The notes: generated from the sequence alone by a model not told the origin. Counted from the stretch's first letter, positions 22,120-36,382 are shown. The stretch is DNA of 64,000 bases from Laetmonice hystrix (GCA_965235115.1 OZ249439.1:38998001-39062000), one strand, 5' to 3'. Translations and numbers: made by a program.

Positions 22120-23208
22120 TCAATTTGGGTTTCGAAAAGGATGATCAACAGCAGAAGCCGTAACCAAACTTCTAGAGGAAATTCACCTGTCATTGAACAA
22201 GAGAGAAACCATACTGGTTCTCTTTCTCGACTTCAGGAAAGCTTTTGACAACCATAGTATCCTAACAGATAAGTTAAAATAATTAAACTTAGGTCAGTAC
22301 ACCAGTATACCAGACAACACTGTTTAGGGGAGCTAAATCTCGACTTCAATTGATGACTACAGGGGTCCCCCAAGGTTCTGTACTTGGACCGCTGCTCTTT
22401 CTAATCTACATAAACGACCTCCCTAGCTGCTTAACCCACTCCCAAAGCCAATTTTTTGCTGATGACACTGCGTCGATCTCAAAATACTACGATAGAGAAT
22501 TAGCCTACAACAACTTACAAAATGACATACTAGCTATTAATGAATGGTGCCGAGTAAACCAATTAACCTTGAATAAAAAGAAAACTGAATATATTAAATT
22601 CTCCTTTAAGCAATGCCCACAAGATACTGAAGCCAGCATTCTGAAACTAGATGACCATATCCTACAAAAGGTTACTGAGTATAAATATCTAGGTACGATA
22701 CTTGATCAACGCCTCACCGGAGTACCGCAACATAACAAAATCAATTTTAGGTATCTAATTAACACTGATACTGCATTAGCTATATACAAAACTACTATAC
22801 TCCCATGACTTTATATATTATTTACTCCCTGCGAGTAAGTTGAAGAAGATTGAAACCCTTCAAAACAGCACTTAGATGTGTTTATAACTACCATCCTCTT
22901 CACACCCAAGAAATGCGCGAAATGTCAGGCCTTCCTCATATATGAAGGATCGAAGAAAATTACACATGCTGGGTTTAATGTTTAAGCGTAGTAATCTCGA
23001 GGAATATATTGATAACAGGCAGCTAACCACAAGACAATTTTCTGAGAATATTGTGCTGAAAGTCCCAAGCTTTCGACTTACTAAAACAAGTAAATGTCCA
23101 CAGATCCTAGGCAGTAGACTATGGAACGAATCCCCTCAAACAATACGCAAAGCCAAAACGTACCCTCAGTTTAAAACCATGGTTAAAAACTTCTACAACA
23201 TGGTATAA
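22120..23208 (+). mobile_element. CR1/L2-group LINE reverse transcriptase fragment
   Basis: QFGFRKG, LFLDFRKAFD, GVPQGSVLGPLLFLIYINDL, FADDT, YKYLG; deletions and stops. Confidence 0.9.
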
Positions 23209-24239
23209 AAGACAATTCAGCGACCTATCCCCTATCCCCCCTCACAACTAGTATAATTACTACCTTATATTATCTCACCCTGACCCTCTAGGTAAAACTA
23301 GAACTGTCTTTGTATATATAATTTTTTTCAATATGTTCACTGTATATATCGGGTGGATAAAAAAAAACGCCCCGAACTTTAAACTTCAATATTTCAAAAA
23401 GTAATGATTGTAATTCAATGAAATTTTTCTTCATATCACTTCATGATGTTGTCTCTTAGTTGTTAATGTTACAAGTCAATAGCTTGAATAATATTTCCGT
23501 GGGGCTAAAAACAAAAGTCATTGTACAAAAGCGCAATGCCGTGCTAAAGTTTTCACTCCATACTGCTCTCAGTCTCTTTTTCCAGGAGCCAATGCACTTC
23601 CTGATCTCTGATAGGGAAATATCTTCCCAACATTGGGAAATATGCAACGTTCTGAATGTGTTGCTAAACGTGATAATGATACGATTTCCTACAGAAAATA
23701 TTACGTTTTTTAAGGATGGACTTAGTAATAACGGAACTATTAAGTGAATGGAACTTATAAGGAAGGAACTTATCACTAAAAAGATAAAATTAATCATTGT
23801 TCTGCTAACCAGCACTATGGAGTTGTAGTGTTCTGCCAGCCAACACTGGTACTGTTATAAATGAATGATTTTTGAGTGGAACTGGTATTGAGTGACTTAT
23901 AACTGTATGATACTAAAATGGAGACATGGATTTGAATATATGGGTTTTGTAATATAGAAACTTATACGGTGTCACCGCTTGGTTACATGGTATTTAAATG
24001 GTAATGTGGTTGTAATATAAAGGATATGTATATCATTGAACTTGAATCTTGATATGGTTCAGAACTAATAGTTTACGGTGTACATCAAGGTTGTTTTTCT
24101 TTACTTGTATAGCGGACTGCGGCAGAAAAACAATAATTACTAGTAAACTTGGATGAATCGGTCTCAAATAGGCGGATTAGTTATAATAATCTTAATAGAC
24201 TTCTGTATCTCGTCACAACAGTGGCTCTTCTATTCTTGT

Positions 24240-25947
24240 CATTTACTACACTGTACTACACCAACGTATGGGGGGTGTCGATCAAGAAGCTAGAAGTCTA
24301 ATTCTATCGGCAGCAGACTACCTTTTAGACAAAGGGGGAATTTTAAATCACCTTGGAAGGAATAATAACAATTCAAAGGAAAAACCACATGCAGTTGGTT
24401 GTACAAGAGAGTTTGCAGGGCAGAATATTAAAGGAATACCATGATGGGATACAAGGAGGCCATCTAGGAATTGAGAAAACCTTGAGCAGCATTCGTGCGA
24501 AGTACTACTGGGAGACAATAAATAAAGATGTATACAATTATGTACAAACTTGCCCAGAATGCCAATCACACAAACGCAATACAAACCAACGCCAACCCAT
24601 CCTAGGCACATCCCCCGAACCCAAAGTTCTCGAAATGGTCACTATGGACATTATGGGCCCCCTTAAAGAGACTTCAGATGGGAATAAACATGTACTGGTA
24701 GTAATGGATTATGCCACGAGATATTGTATTCTCAGACCGATTAAAGACACTTCGGCTACTACAGTTGCAACCATTTTCTTTGATGAATGGATTTCCAAAT
24801 TGGCAGCACCACACTGTATTTCTTCGGACAGGGGTCCTGCCTTTGTGTCACAGATAATGCGAGAAGTATGTAGAATATTTGGAATTGGTCAACAGTTTTC
24901 CTGTCCATATGTTCCAAGAACTCATGGTATAGTGGAAAGACTGCAAGAAACAGTCCAACAAGTTTTATCATTTTATCTAGACAAATTCAAGGACGAGTGG
25001 GACCAGGCGATCTAGGCAGTGGCCGCTTGCATAAACGCTATGCCAGGACAATCAACGGGATATTCCCCAAATTACCTTATGTTCGGAAGAGAACCCAATA
25101 GGGCTATAGACACTGTACTTAGATACTTCTTTTCGCATTTGGTGGTGGTCTGAGATTACCTACAAAGGTTTATCTCGAATCTAGAAGAAGTAAGAGAAAT
25201 AGAAAAGCAGAAGTCAAAAGAAAACCGAAAGTCAAAAGAAAACCGAGAACAATATCGCAAAACCTGTAACAAGCGAGCAGAACCGGTAAAATTCTCTGTG
25301 GGCGATATTGTATTTGTCTATGTACCCAAGAAAATTCTCTGTGGGTGATATTGTATTTGTCTATGTACCCAAGAAAATTCTCTGTGGGTGATATTGTATT
25401 TGTCTATGTACCCAAGAATCGGAAAGGTTTTTCTAAATCTTCAAGTCATAGTTGGCACGGACCGTATAGGATTGTGAAAGCGGAAGGACAGTTACACTTC
25501 CGTCTAAGAAATCACGTAACAAATGACATAATGTCCATCCCGATCAATGCACAATGCCTTAAGAAAGGTAGAGTGCGGGAAGAATTGGATCTGGTTGAAC
25601 GACCGCTAGTGCTTGCACAGCAAGAAATTCCTATAAAACAGTTGACGGATGCCGATCTCCCTGAAGATTCATTTTTAGAACCGGTAAAGCCATCGGTGGG
25701 AGAGGCAACTGTCCATGTAAATGAGGCAGCCGTTACGGGCATAGCAAGTCTCTGGGACGAACCAGATGTGTATGAAGTAGAAAAAATTGTGAAAGGTCGG
25801 AATAAGCCAAATGGTGTCGAATACCTAGTAACGTGGAAGGGCTTTCCAAATATACATAACTCATATGTTAAGAAAGCCGACCTCAACGAGGCATGTTTGA
25901 AATTTTTACAATCAAACCCAGTCCAAATGAGTGGCCGACCATCATAG
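24240..25947 (+). pseudogene. Ty3/gypsy integrase with C-terminal chromodomain
   Basis: HDG..GGHLG...CPEC; TMDIMGPL; SSDRGPAF; GIVERL; WHGPY; chromodomain YEVEKIV...EYLVTWKGF...NSYV. Stop at about 25013 and a 43-bp triplication at about 25288-25418. Confidence 0.9.
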
Positions 25948-26949
25948 AGTGGGGATACAACAAGACGATAAACTGCAGGTGCGCACGAGATTTAGAATAT
26001 TTGCGGATCTTATGATTTTATTGAACCTTCGAAGATATTATGATTTTATTGAACCTTCGAAGATCTTATGATTTTATTGAACCCTTGCGGATCTTGTGAT
26101 TTTGTTGAGCCTTTGTAGTCGAAACCTAGAGTGAGGTAATTAAAAATGCTGTGAAGTCTGGCTGGTACCATTACTTTTATGGTGACGCAGCATATGATGC
26201 AGAAGGTCAGTCAGGGTCGGAGTGTATTCAAGCAGAGTATACCCCAAATCACCGTGATTCATATACTAGGAGTGACTCATGTCCCGTGACATATTTTATG
26301 GATGTCCGTGGATATAAGTAAGTTGTATATCGGTCATATATTTAGTAGGACCGGGTGTTGTAAAAGCAGTACAACCTTCCAATATGGAGTATGTTGTGCG
26401 ATTTCTCATATTTGTGTGTAGCACAAGTTATTATGAACACACAGGCGCATCCTGAGGACGTAGAATTATGGATGGGAAATGGAGTCTGGTTTAAACCATT
26501 TACCCAAGTTAGGAATTCCAATTCGGCGTGGAAACATGTAAAGTCTACCAACTTTTATTTGACTTTCCCACCCTCTCAGATATTGAAGTTTTGCCACCTC
26601 TCACTAGAGGGCAGTGGGCGGTCATAGCCGGCCTTACAGGAAGATGGCGCTACACGTATTACTGAGTATGTTTTAATAATTATATTTATGTAGGTACTAC
26701 ATTTATATAGGTAGTTCTGGCGCTGTGTGTTTTAATAGGTGTGTTTATGAAAGTAATACATGTTACACAAGTACTCAAGGTGAAAGCCTTCCTTACATGA
26801 AGTTAGATTTCTCAAATATACGAGTATTATTTTGTAAAGCTTCACATTTATTGTTATTGTATTTTACAAGAAGAACAGTGCTGTATGTATAATAATGTCT
26901 GTTGTGTACCTAACACTTTCCTGGGAATAAAATCCCAAACATTTCTAGA

Positions 26950-27303
26950 AAACACAGGTGACGGTCAGGAGTGGCGGCTGGCAAAGCTTTATCAAGACTG
27001 TTGTCACCCACGTGGGCACTTTCCCGGCGATTGGTATAAAACCTCCACCGTCAGAGAGAGATATCAGTTCACCACTTGGGTACAGGTCACTCTCTGGACC
27101 CACACTGACCAGCCACGCCATGCCGCTGCCGCTCCTGACCGCTGTCCACCACGATGAACAACCAGTGCCAGGTTGGTGAGTGTTGTGTTTTGTAGACAGG
27201 TACGCCATGTATCTTCTTGTCTGTATAACGTTTCCTGCATCCTGCCATCTCCTGTGACACTATGGACATTCCCTGGTGTCCACTCGATCCTGGCCGTGGC
27301 CAT
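26950..27303 (-). pseudogene. Possible degenerate FLYWCH/MULE-type first exon
   Basis: MATARIEW...AWRGWSVWVQRVTCTQVV loosely resembles a W-x-C-SVR...TC-x-A-x-V pattern. Confidence 0.25.
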
Positions 27304-27376
27304 TTTTATTTAACACCGTGGTAGTGTTTTACCCGTAGGCCGTTAGGCCTATATGTTATTTACAAGGATAGTAATG

Positions 27377-28790
27377 TAATTATAAAATCATGAATGTTCA
27401 CTTCTTATTAGATTATTCTTCTTTATTCATGATCCGGTACTATTCATTGGGGTCGGGTATACACGTACGCCCGCACTGCGAAAGTGGTGGTTGAACCCGG
27501 GGTTGACTCTTATCTTCATTGCATTTGGACATGAACATCCAAGCAAAATTCTAGATAATTTTTTTTTGTAACACCTAAAGCGATCCAAATTTACCCCACA
27601 GTTTTACTCTACCAGCTGAAACTATCAAAATTTGCTACAAACGGTGTACTCATGTACTTTAAATCCATTATCTTCCTAAGCACTCTGCCCTGTCGTCGGG
27701 TACACAAACGGCCAACCTTTGACCTCTACACTACCCACCTCACAACTTTATGTCACGACCACTCAATTCGGTTGCTTTTGGCATACCACCGGCACACAAC
27801 ACTCGTAGTGGCAGGCACAACTCAGTGGACAATCAGGCAAACATGGCCGAGGGTGCCCAAATCCTAGCACTAGTTATCAGAAAAGTTAGACTCACTGGCA
27901 GTCAGAGACAGGCTGCCAGACTTTGATGGCACCCAAGATGTCAATAGGTGGCTGGCTCGCTTTGAGAGTCTAACAAACAGCAAATGGTGGCAGGCAAGCA
28001 GACAACAGCATCTGCCAAACTACATGACAGATGCAAAACACGAGTGGTATGAGGACCTTACAGCTGAAGTTCAGAACTCCAACAGCTGAAGGAAGCCTTT
28101 ATCAACGAGTTCACACCCAAGGCTGCCTCCAAGTTTCAGCGGGAGACAGCACTGCGTGCACTACCAGCAGACGGGCACCACACCAGTGAAGGACTTTGTC
28201 CAGTATGTTCGGTGTGAGGCCAGGGCCATTGGTCTCTCCGAGGCAAAAGGGGTTGAGATCATTCTCAACAACATGCTGCCATCAGCACGCGCCACCATAC
28301 CAGCAACCCCAGCCACATATCAAGAAGTAATGGACACGCCCGTGGCTAACTTACCCAAGGGAGAAATTCCCCTTCCCACATCCACCCAACAGCGGACGGC
28401 GCCAACGAAGTCATCAAACAACTGGTGGAACACATTTCATGCAAAGATGCTCACATTGCATCTCTGGAGGCAAGGCAACCGCCGGTGCCCTCACCAGCCC
28501 GACAGACAACCGGGGTGGCAACACTACCAACAACCGTCTGTGCCCCTGACAGACAACCGGGGTGGCAACACTACCAACAACCGTCTGTGCCCCTGACAGA
28601 CAACCGGGGTGGCAACACTACCAACAACCATCTGTGCCACCAACAGACACCAGCCTGACAGACAACCGGGGTGGCAACACTACCAACAACCGTCTGTGCC
28701 ACCAACAGACGCCAGCCTGACAGACAACCGGGGTGGCAACACTACCAGAAACTGCCTGTGCCACCAACAGACCACCAGAAAGTGTGCTAG
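27377..28790 (+). mobile_element. Dispersed repeat plus gag (module copy 2), ending in ~47-bp tandem repeats
   Basis: Homology to 21361-22097. gag from ATG 27843. About 6 copies of ACAGACAACCGGGGTGGCAACACTACCAACAACC... at 28500-28790. Confidence 0.75.
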
Positions 28791-29899
28791 ATGACGTAAG
28801 GTTCCTGGCAACCATAATCAGTTCCACAAACATGGCAACAGTCAAACTTGGTTTCATTAGAAAGAATTAAGTAGCTTCCAACTCTCTCATTCACATACAT
28901 CAACCAGGCAGATAGAAGTCATCATAGATTTCACTACTGCTTCATGGACTCGGACAGCTGGTCTGTCCTGACGTCAAATCCAGACAGCTTCATAAGCATT
29001 TTTCGAGTTTTTCCTATTCATGGTGCCTGGCCTGAGACAAATTGGGAGGAGGACTGGGCGTTGAGGTCGCAGCTGAACCCTTCTTCCTGATGTTGCTTTG
29101 TGCAGCACAAGGTTCCAATAAGTTTGGAAAGTTAATGATTTAAACCTTGGACATGTCACCTCAGAAGTTAAGAAAAAAGGAAACCCAGCACATCAAACCC
29201 AGCACATCTATGGCGTGATAACAACCAAGAGACACTATTTCCAGACAACTACAGTGGAAGTAACCTTTAGTACACAATGTGGTACCGTAATCGATGATTT
29301 CTTTTGAAAATCTATGGTAGAATACTATATTTTTCATGTCCTAGGTAACATATTTTTCAAATGTCTATGAATAACGTCATAGCAAACTAGGTTGACGGGT
29401 AATGGTATGAATGCTTACATTAAGACTTATATCATCGTTCTTGTAACCGAACGTGTAAAACTTATAGCTTGATTTCTGGTTATATGTTGATTTGTTTTAA
29501 TTAACAGTCGTGTAAGGTGTGATTTCAGTTTTAATTTGCCCAGTAGCAAGTCATCGGACTATGTCCTGTCAGTAACAGATGAAAAGTCAATTGTAAGCTA
29601 ACTGATCGTGGCTTTAAAGCCCAAATTACTATATATTTACGTTTTGCTGAGTGACTCAACACATCTTGCCGACATGCTAATGTCAGGTAAGCTCGTCATT
29701 TCCAACGCTATGTGGACGATGTCTTAGCAATTTTTAGACCAGTATGAAGGTCTTATCGACTCTGAGGTGACGGGTAATCCTAGTTAATTGGAATGCTGAG
29801 TTTCACATTTAATACCTAGACATTCTTAGAATATTACACTTTTTAGGTTTGTGCGGAGCAAACCTTTCCAAAATTGACGCACGTATCGTAGAGCTATAC

Positions 29900-31700
29900 A
29901 GTCAGTGTGGGTAAGGGCAGTTATCAACCCCATAAAAGCGGGCAGGCCAGTAGTTAAACAATGGAAACCCAACATGTCTCTCTGACCTTTGTTCCCTGAC
30001 GGCATCCTGCATGTAATGATACACACTATTATCTACGGTACTGGAAATAAACCGATTGCGAGAAGGTGCGGGCCCTGGCCCGGCACAGGGGAAACTTTGA
30101 CAGGCCCATGTCGCTTAGTCAGGATGCACGCCAAGACATTACTTGGTGGATCGATCGCATACCTACGCTTTCTAAATCAACCCCTACCTATTCAGGCCTT
30201 GTTCTACTTTGATGCCAGCCTTTTAGGGTGGGGTAGTTTTGACCCGCAAACAAACACAAGTTACGGGGAGGCGTGGGGACACCAGGAGAGGGACATCAAT
30301 GTTTTGGAACTGCAAGCAGTTCTGAACACACTTCATGTGTTCGCTCATGGCTTACAACACACGCATGTCCTTATTTGACAAAACGACAACAAAACAGTGT
30401 ATAAATAAGCAGGGATCAACTCGTTCAGTTGAGTGTAATGCAGTAACGAGGGACATCTGGAGGTTCCTCACTGCCGAATACTGCCCAGGCATAAACAATG
30501 TGGAAGCCGATGCAGCGTCTAGAAACTGCACAGATGCTACAGAATGGTCCCTCCAGCCAGGGATTTTTCAGAAAATCACTGCTACTCTGGGGGAAACGGC
30601 TATAGACTATTTTGCGTCGGACCATAACTTTCAGGTCATTCCATATGTGTCTAAACAGCCCTCACTCACTGCAATATCCCGTGACGCCTTTAACTGTTGC
30701 TGGACAGCTTCTAACGGTTACTTTTTTCCCCCATTTTGCCTTGCCAGCCGTGTACTGAGGAAGATGGAATTGGACCAGGCGACGGGGATCACAGTGCTGC
30801 CACGGTGGCCGTCACAGCCGTGGTATACGACCTTCCTAGACCACATATCATCACCAGCCTACATAATCAAAGTGGACGACAGCACACTGTAGCTCCCCCA
30901 CGCTCGGGAGAAGGTACACCCCCTAGCGGGCAGGCTGGAGCTGATAGCCACCAGGATATCACGATTACGCTCTCCAAGCAGGGACTGTCATCCAGTGTTT
31001 GTAGAACTATGATTGCGGGACTAGCCCAAACATCTAGAAAACAATATGATACCTATTTTCACAGGTGGATAACTTTCGCCACAGCTCACAGTTTTCCTAC
31101 CGACCAGCCGTCGGTGGCAGAAGCTTTACTTTTCTTACAACATTTATTGGACAGTGGTGTCAAATACAGTGGACTTAACAGTGCCCAGAGTATTTTCTCT
31201 AGTTTCGTTATCCTTCCCGGGGGTCAGACTTTTGGTAAACACCCGCACGTTGTGCGCTTTATGCGAGGTGTATGACGATATATGGGAGTGGGACCCTACT
31301 GTCGATACAGACTTCTTAGTTTCCTTCGGGAAGACGCACGAACTCTCTTTGGACTTATTGACAAAGCGAACTTTACTTTTGTTTCTTCTGGCAATGGGTC
31401 AGAGAGTACAAACAGCTCATGTGCTTAAGCCGGGGGATGTACACTTCCAAGACGGTAGTTGCGTAATACATGTATCGGGTCACGTAAAACAGGTGTTGAT
31501 GCAGGCCGGGGTACCCCTGCGATTTGGCCGGCACAGTGTGCGGTCCGCTTCAACCTCTGCCGCCTTGAGGGCAGGGGTGCGGTGGACACAGTACTGAAGC
31601 AGGCGGGATGGACCCGACACACGACCTTTACCAATTTTTACAGGAGAGACATTATTCCTGAGTCTGATTACTCCAGAGTTTTAATGTCCCACTTGGCCGG
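29900..31700 (+). mobile_element. DIRS-type tyrosine-recombinase retrotransposon (RNase H, N6-adenine methyltransferase-like domain, YR), degenerate
   Basis: FDAS..GWG, INVLELQAV, CPG.NN.EAD.ASR. MT-like IDYFAS...DAF..CW...YFFPP...P.W..QPW. YR GQR...HSVR...AGW...FY. Confidence 0.9.
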
Positions 31701-31960
31701 CCAACGTTGTTCTGAGGCCAGGCCTGGTAGCACAGACCCACAGTGACTGTAGCGCTCACATTTTCACAGTGTATATCCAGGTACCAACGTGTATACATAT
31801 GTATAATTTGTATATATCGTCGGTTGGTTAGAACCTGAATAAAAGCGTTTTTTTCAGGTAACCCTGCATTCCCGTTTCCCATACGAGACAAATATTCCTT
31901 TGATGACGTCACCGTCACCGTCAAATTTACCTGGTTAAACGAGTTTATAACGTAAGTTTC

Positions 31961-34860
31961 CCTTTCCAGCTACACCTACTGTGTGGGGAGCACCAGTAAG
32001 ACTGGAATCAAGTACTGGAAATGCACCGTCAGAAACAAGTCGATATACTGTAAGGCCAAGGTTACACAGCGTGGAGACTCATTTATCCGTGGTCCCAAGG
32101 ACCACATCCATCAACCCCAGGATGGTGCCTTGGTAAAGGCACAAGTTACATCAAGGGCCAAGAGATTGGCCATGGATGAACCTTTCAGGTATGTGTATTA
32201 TTGTGGTTAAGATCTCCGCCTGCTGGTGCACAGGTCTCCATTTAGCCTGTACTAAACTAAATAAAATGTCAATATTTACATTACGCAAAATGTTTTTGTT
32301 TTTGTTTCAGTTTAATTTTTAAATGTTACAATTATTTATATTATTTTACAGGGCTGCTGCTGCGATTGTGGAGCAGGAATTGCAGAGGGTGGGGCCCCAG
32401 CCAGGTCTCCCCAACCCAGACAACTTGACAAGAGCTACGAACTATGCGCGCCAGAGGTTGAGGGCTCCAGACCCAACCGATTTAGATTTTGATCTTTACC
32501 CAGCTATGTATAGCATGAATATTAATGCAAGATCTTTATTAATACACAATATATGGTATTCGCCTATATGGTAGAAACTTGTAAATAACGGTCAAGCAAG
32601 TAATACCAAGGTAATATATGAAAATTAAGCATCCTCTCTCGTATAAACCTGAAGACCTCATCCTTCCAGCTCTGAAACATCCGTCTCAAACACACCTAAT
32701 ATTATTACTTTTTACAAACAGCCGGATATAGAATAGGACTTAATGTTTAATTGTTCCTTTTTTAGGTCAGACGCCAGAAGGCTTCCTCCTGTCTAATGTG
32801 GAGATGGAGGATGGGGCATGGCACCTTGTCTGGGCCACACAGGACCAGCTCCCACTTCTTTCCACTGCCCTGAGGTGGTATGTAGATGGCACCTTTAAGA
32901 TAATCAAGAAGCCCTTCACGCAACTGTGGTCCATCCATGCCTTCGTTAGACAAGGGGACTCTACCAAACAGCTCCCCTTGGTCTTTGTATTTATGAGTAG
33001 ACGACAACGGGCCGACTATTTAGCTGTCCTCCAGGTGGTGAAGGAAAAACTACAAGAGCTACTTGATGGTGAAGACCTCCAAGTAAGTAACAAACTCGCC
33101 CTAATTTATACTAAAATATGGTAACCGTGCAATGAGATACCTTCCAGGTCATTTTACATCTGGCGATGCTACTGATTTCTGAATGGAGCAATCTAAGCAA
33201 TAATATCCTGAATCTTTAAAATGGTATAAGATAACCTTAATGCAATAGCATTATCACCAATCACTCACTCACTCATGTTTTGTTCTAGGTCCAAGAGTTC
33301 GTTTGCGACTTTGAAGCAGCCTTGTGGGGAGCTGTTCCAGAGGTATTTCCTGGTGTGGGGGTCCGTGGCTGCAGTTTCCATTTCACCCAGGCAGTTTATC
33401 GCAAGGTGTGTATTGTGATTACCATTCCACTAAGTTCAACATGACATAGTGTAGATAGGTATTACCACCAATTGCAATAACATTGAAAATATGTATACCA
33501 AAACGGATTCCTACATACAAAACGTATTCCTACATACAAATTATACTCTGTATCATTTATGACAGTACAGAATTGCCTTTGTGACATGTGCTCCATGAAA
33601 TCGCACCATGAGATTACCCTGGCTGTTAACTTGGCATTAAACACTATGTACAATCGTCATTCCAGGTACTGCAATTCGGCTTATCGGCACAATACCGACG
33701 CGATGAGACATGCAGGATGTTCTGCCGGCAACTCATGTCTTTGTGTATGCTGCCTCATGAACATATCAGGCCAATGTTTGAGGCACTGGCAGCAAACGTA
33801 AGTGGAGAAGCTTACACCAACCTGGTCACGTACTTCAGTGTCAACTGGATCGAGTCCACTATCTGGCCACCTTCACAGTGGTAAGTTAGAATTAGTAGGC
33901 CTACCCAGTATAAGTAGTTCATTTGAAATCCTCATTAGAAATCCTTACAATGACGCAAAAATGGAACCCAAAATTAGGTAATTATATAAGCTAATTTGCA
34001 GTCAAGGACCGTCATGATATGAGCAATGAAACTGGGATACCAGGCTTTACGCTATGATTGATATAATTATGAAAGATCTTGACAAGTACATACATTGTGC
34101 CTAAGACAGTTTTATAATCAACATCCAGTAAGACGCCAATATTTCTGCATGATTGGGTCCAGACACACTGGTCATCTTGTAGGGCAATTCGGCAGTACGT
34201 GCAGTTCACCATTATGACATATCACTCATGTATTGATGCCTATAGTTGTTATCTTTTGATATATTTTCATAGAGAATGTTGTATTCCTTTTACAGGTCAG
34301 TCTATCGTCAACCAGTGTGGACAAACAATGATGTGGAGGGATACCACAACAGAATCAACTCTCGGGCGCAAAGGGGCAACCTGCAGTTTTATCTGCTGGT
34401 TCATTTGCTACACAAAGAGGCCAACTTTCTGCCAATCCAGGTAAGGGGAATCGACAATGTATATATGATTAATTGATTGTATGCATGTGTACATTTACAT
34501 GTACATCAAGGCCTATATAATGAGACTGTGAATGCATTTAATTTAATCTACACGATGAGAATTTATGGGACTATTTCCCTTTTGGATATACTTGATCTCT
34601 TGGATGTAAGCGTAACTGTAATGTGCTGTCTTCATGTGCTGCCATTACATACATGTACATGATATTTTTGTATGATTGCTTTAGCTATAATCTATATTTT
34701 CTTTATTTACTCCACAGCTTCAGCTAGTGTCCCAGGAAGAACTGACCCAACATCAAAAGCGGTCATACAGGAACTACCAGGCAAGGATTTTCAAGCTCTG
34801 GGACTCGTACAGAGATGGATCAAAAACCCCCCCGACAAGTGCTGCGTGCACTAGCCAGAA
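31961..34860 (+). mobile_element. Spliced MULE (Mutator) transposase with FLYWCH domain
   Basis: YTY...YWKCTVR...CKAKV...H.H; YVDGTF; CDFE; GCSFH; TNNDVEGYH. Exons include 31961-32188, 32352-~32500, 32766-33082, 33289-33405 and ~34294-34440. Confidence 0.88.
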
Positions 34861-36382
34861 CCCATGGCCCTTTTAACCTGGACCGACTACACCAGGAAGC
34901 TCATCAGGAGGAAGGGGGCAGTTAGGTGCCTTACAGTATGTTAGTAGGCCTTACGCCAATGGCACTGCTACTGTGTCTCTGAGCCATGACCAAGATTGGC
35001 TACATCAAGTGTGTGATAAAAGATTGTTGCAATCACTGATTCACTTGAAAATTTGACAAATCTGTCAAAGTTTGCTAATATAATAATGGAAAAATGCAGT
35101 GTTAATTTGGATACGGCATTTCATTTGAATTATCCCCATTGTTATCTCAAGTCAGTCAAGTGGAAGCATAAATCCACCCCCAGGCCCAGCGGTCAACATT
35201 TGCCACACAGGTCTTTTCACCAGTCAGTACTGGTAAATACCGGTATAAAATCAAATCATTAAAGATATCCGTCCACTAAAAAAGAACTAGATAATGGTGC
35301 ATCGTATGTAGTCTCTTGTGGTTCGTGTTTAAGCATGTTGGCTGCAGTCGAACAAACATTAACGTGTTGACTGTATATAGATCTCCCTGTCGGCCTAGGT
35401 ATGTCAGTGTATGGTACATCCAATGTATGTAGGCCTATGCCTCATCTTATGTGATTACATTTAGCTGTAATTTAGAGAATAAAGTATTGATATTGATTGA
35501 AATTATAAAATGTTTAAGGATATGTTATTTTGTAATTTTGTAATTTTGCCTGTCCAGTATTATTTATGGGCACCCATGAAATGTGTTATGTGAACCTATA
35601 CTTTATTAAAACATTTTTATAAAACTATGATTTTCTTTGTGTTGTTCTTTCTTTTTTATTTATTCCTCCGTATTATGTTTTTCAAAAACAGCATCTCCAG
35701 CATGAGGCAAATTTATACTCAAGTCACTCCTTGTGAGCAGTCATTATTCATAGACTCGTCATTTTATAATGACTGTTAAAATGATTAGCAGTGTCACACT
35801 CACAGTGAGTGTACTATAGGCCGAAGCGAAAAGACATCGGACACTCTTACATCGCCAACGGTCCTCCCAGGGTAGGCTGCCAGGGCGGCGGTAGACAGGG
35901 ACAGCCTGTGGTAGCCGTAGGAGAAACCCATGCCGACAGCAATTAACTAAGCCTAGCCCTAGGCCTTGTCAAATAAGCATGAAGGCATGTTCAAAACACT
36001 CAAATGTGATATAATTTGCATACAAAAATTCCAAATAAAGTACTCCCCCCCCTCCCCAGCAACATAGCAGCCACGGTATAAAAGCAAGTGGGGGGGGGGG
36101 CACATGTTCACACCCCTCTCATTCTTCCCACTAGACACAGCTCCCACTAATAACTGCCAATATCTCTGTCTTATCAAATCATCTAAAGATGAAATTCGCC
36201 AAAAATAAATGTCAATGTTTGGGTAATGTATCTAGTAACTTACTTCAATTTAAAGATGTCTTGAGACATGTAAATTTAGTTTAACACATCCAAGTAGTAA
36301 AATACGTTAGGTTTGAAATTCTAGATGGAGCTGTCAGTCACTGAGTCAGGCTTGTTTACACGGGTCACATGGCATAACAAGG

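Noticed and set aside
26000-26650. Possible PPT and 3' LTR after the chromo-integrase
   Set aside because: No second copy, no convincing TG...CA pair and no TSD in the window.
29650-29740. Penelope-like RT remnant (LADMLM...RYVDDVLAIF, YVDD at 29709-29720)
   Set aside because: Only two short motifs with no flanking support; cannot be separated from chance or from the DIRS RT.
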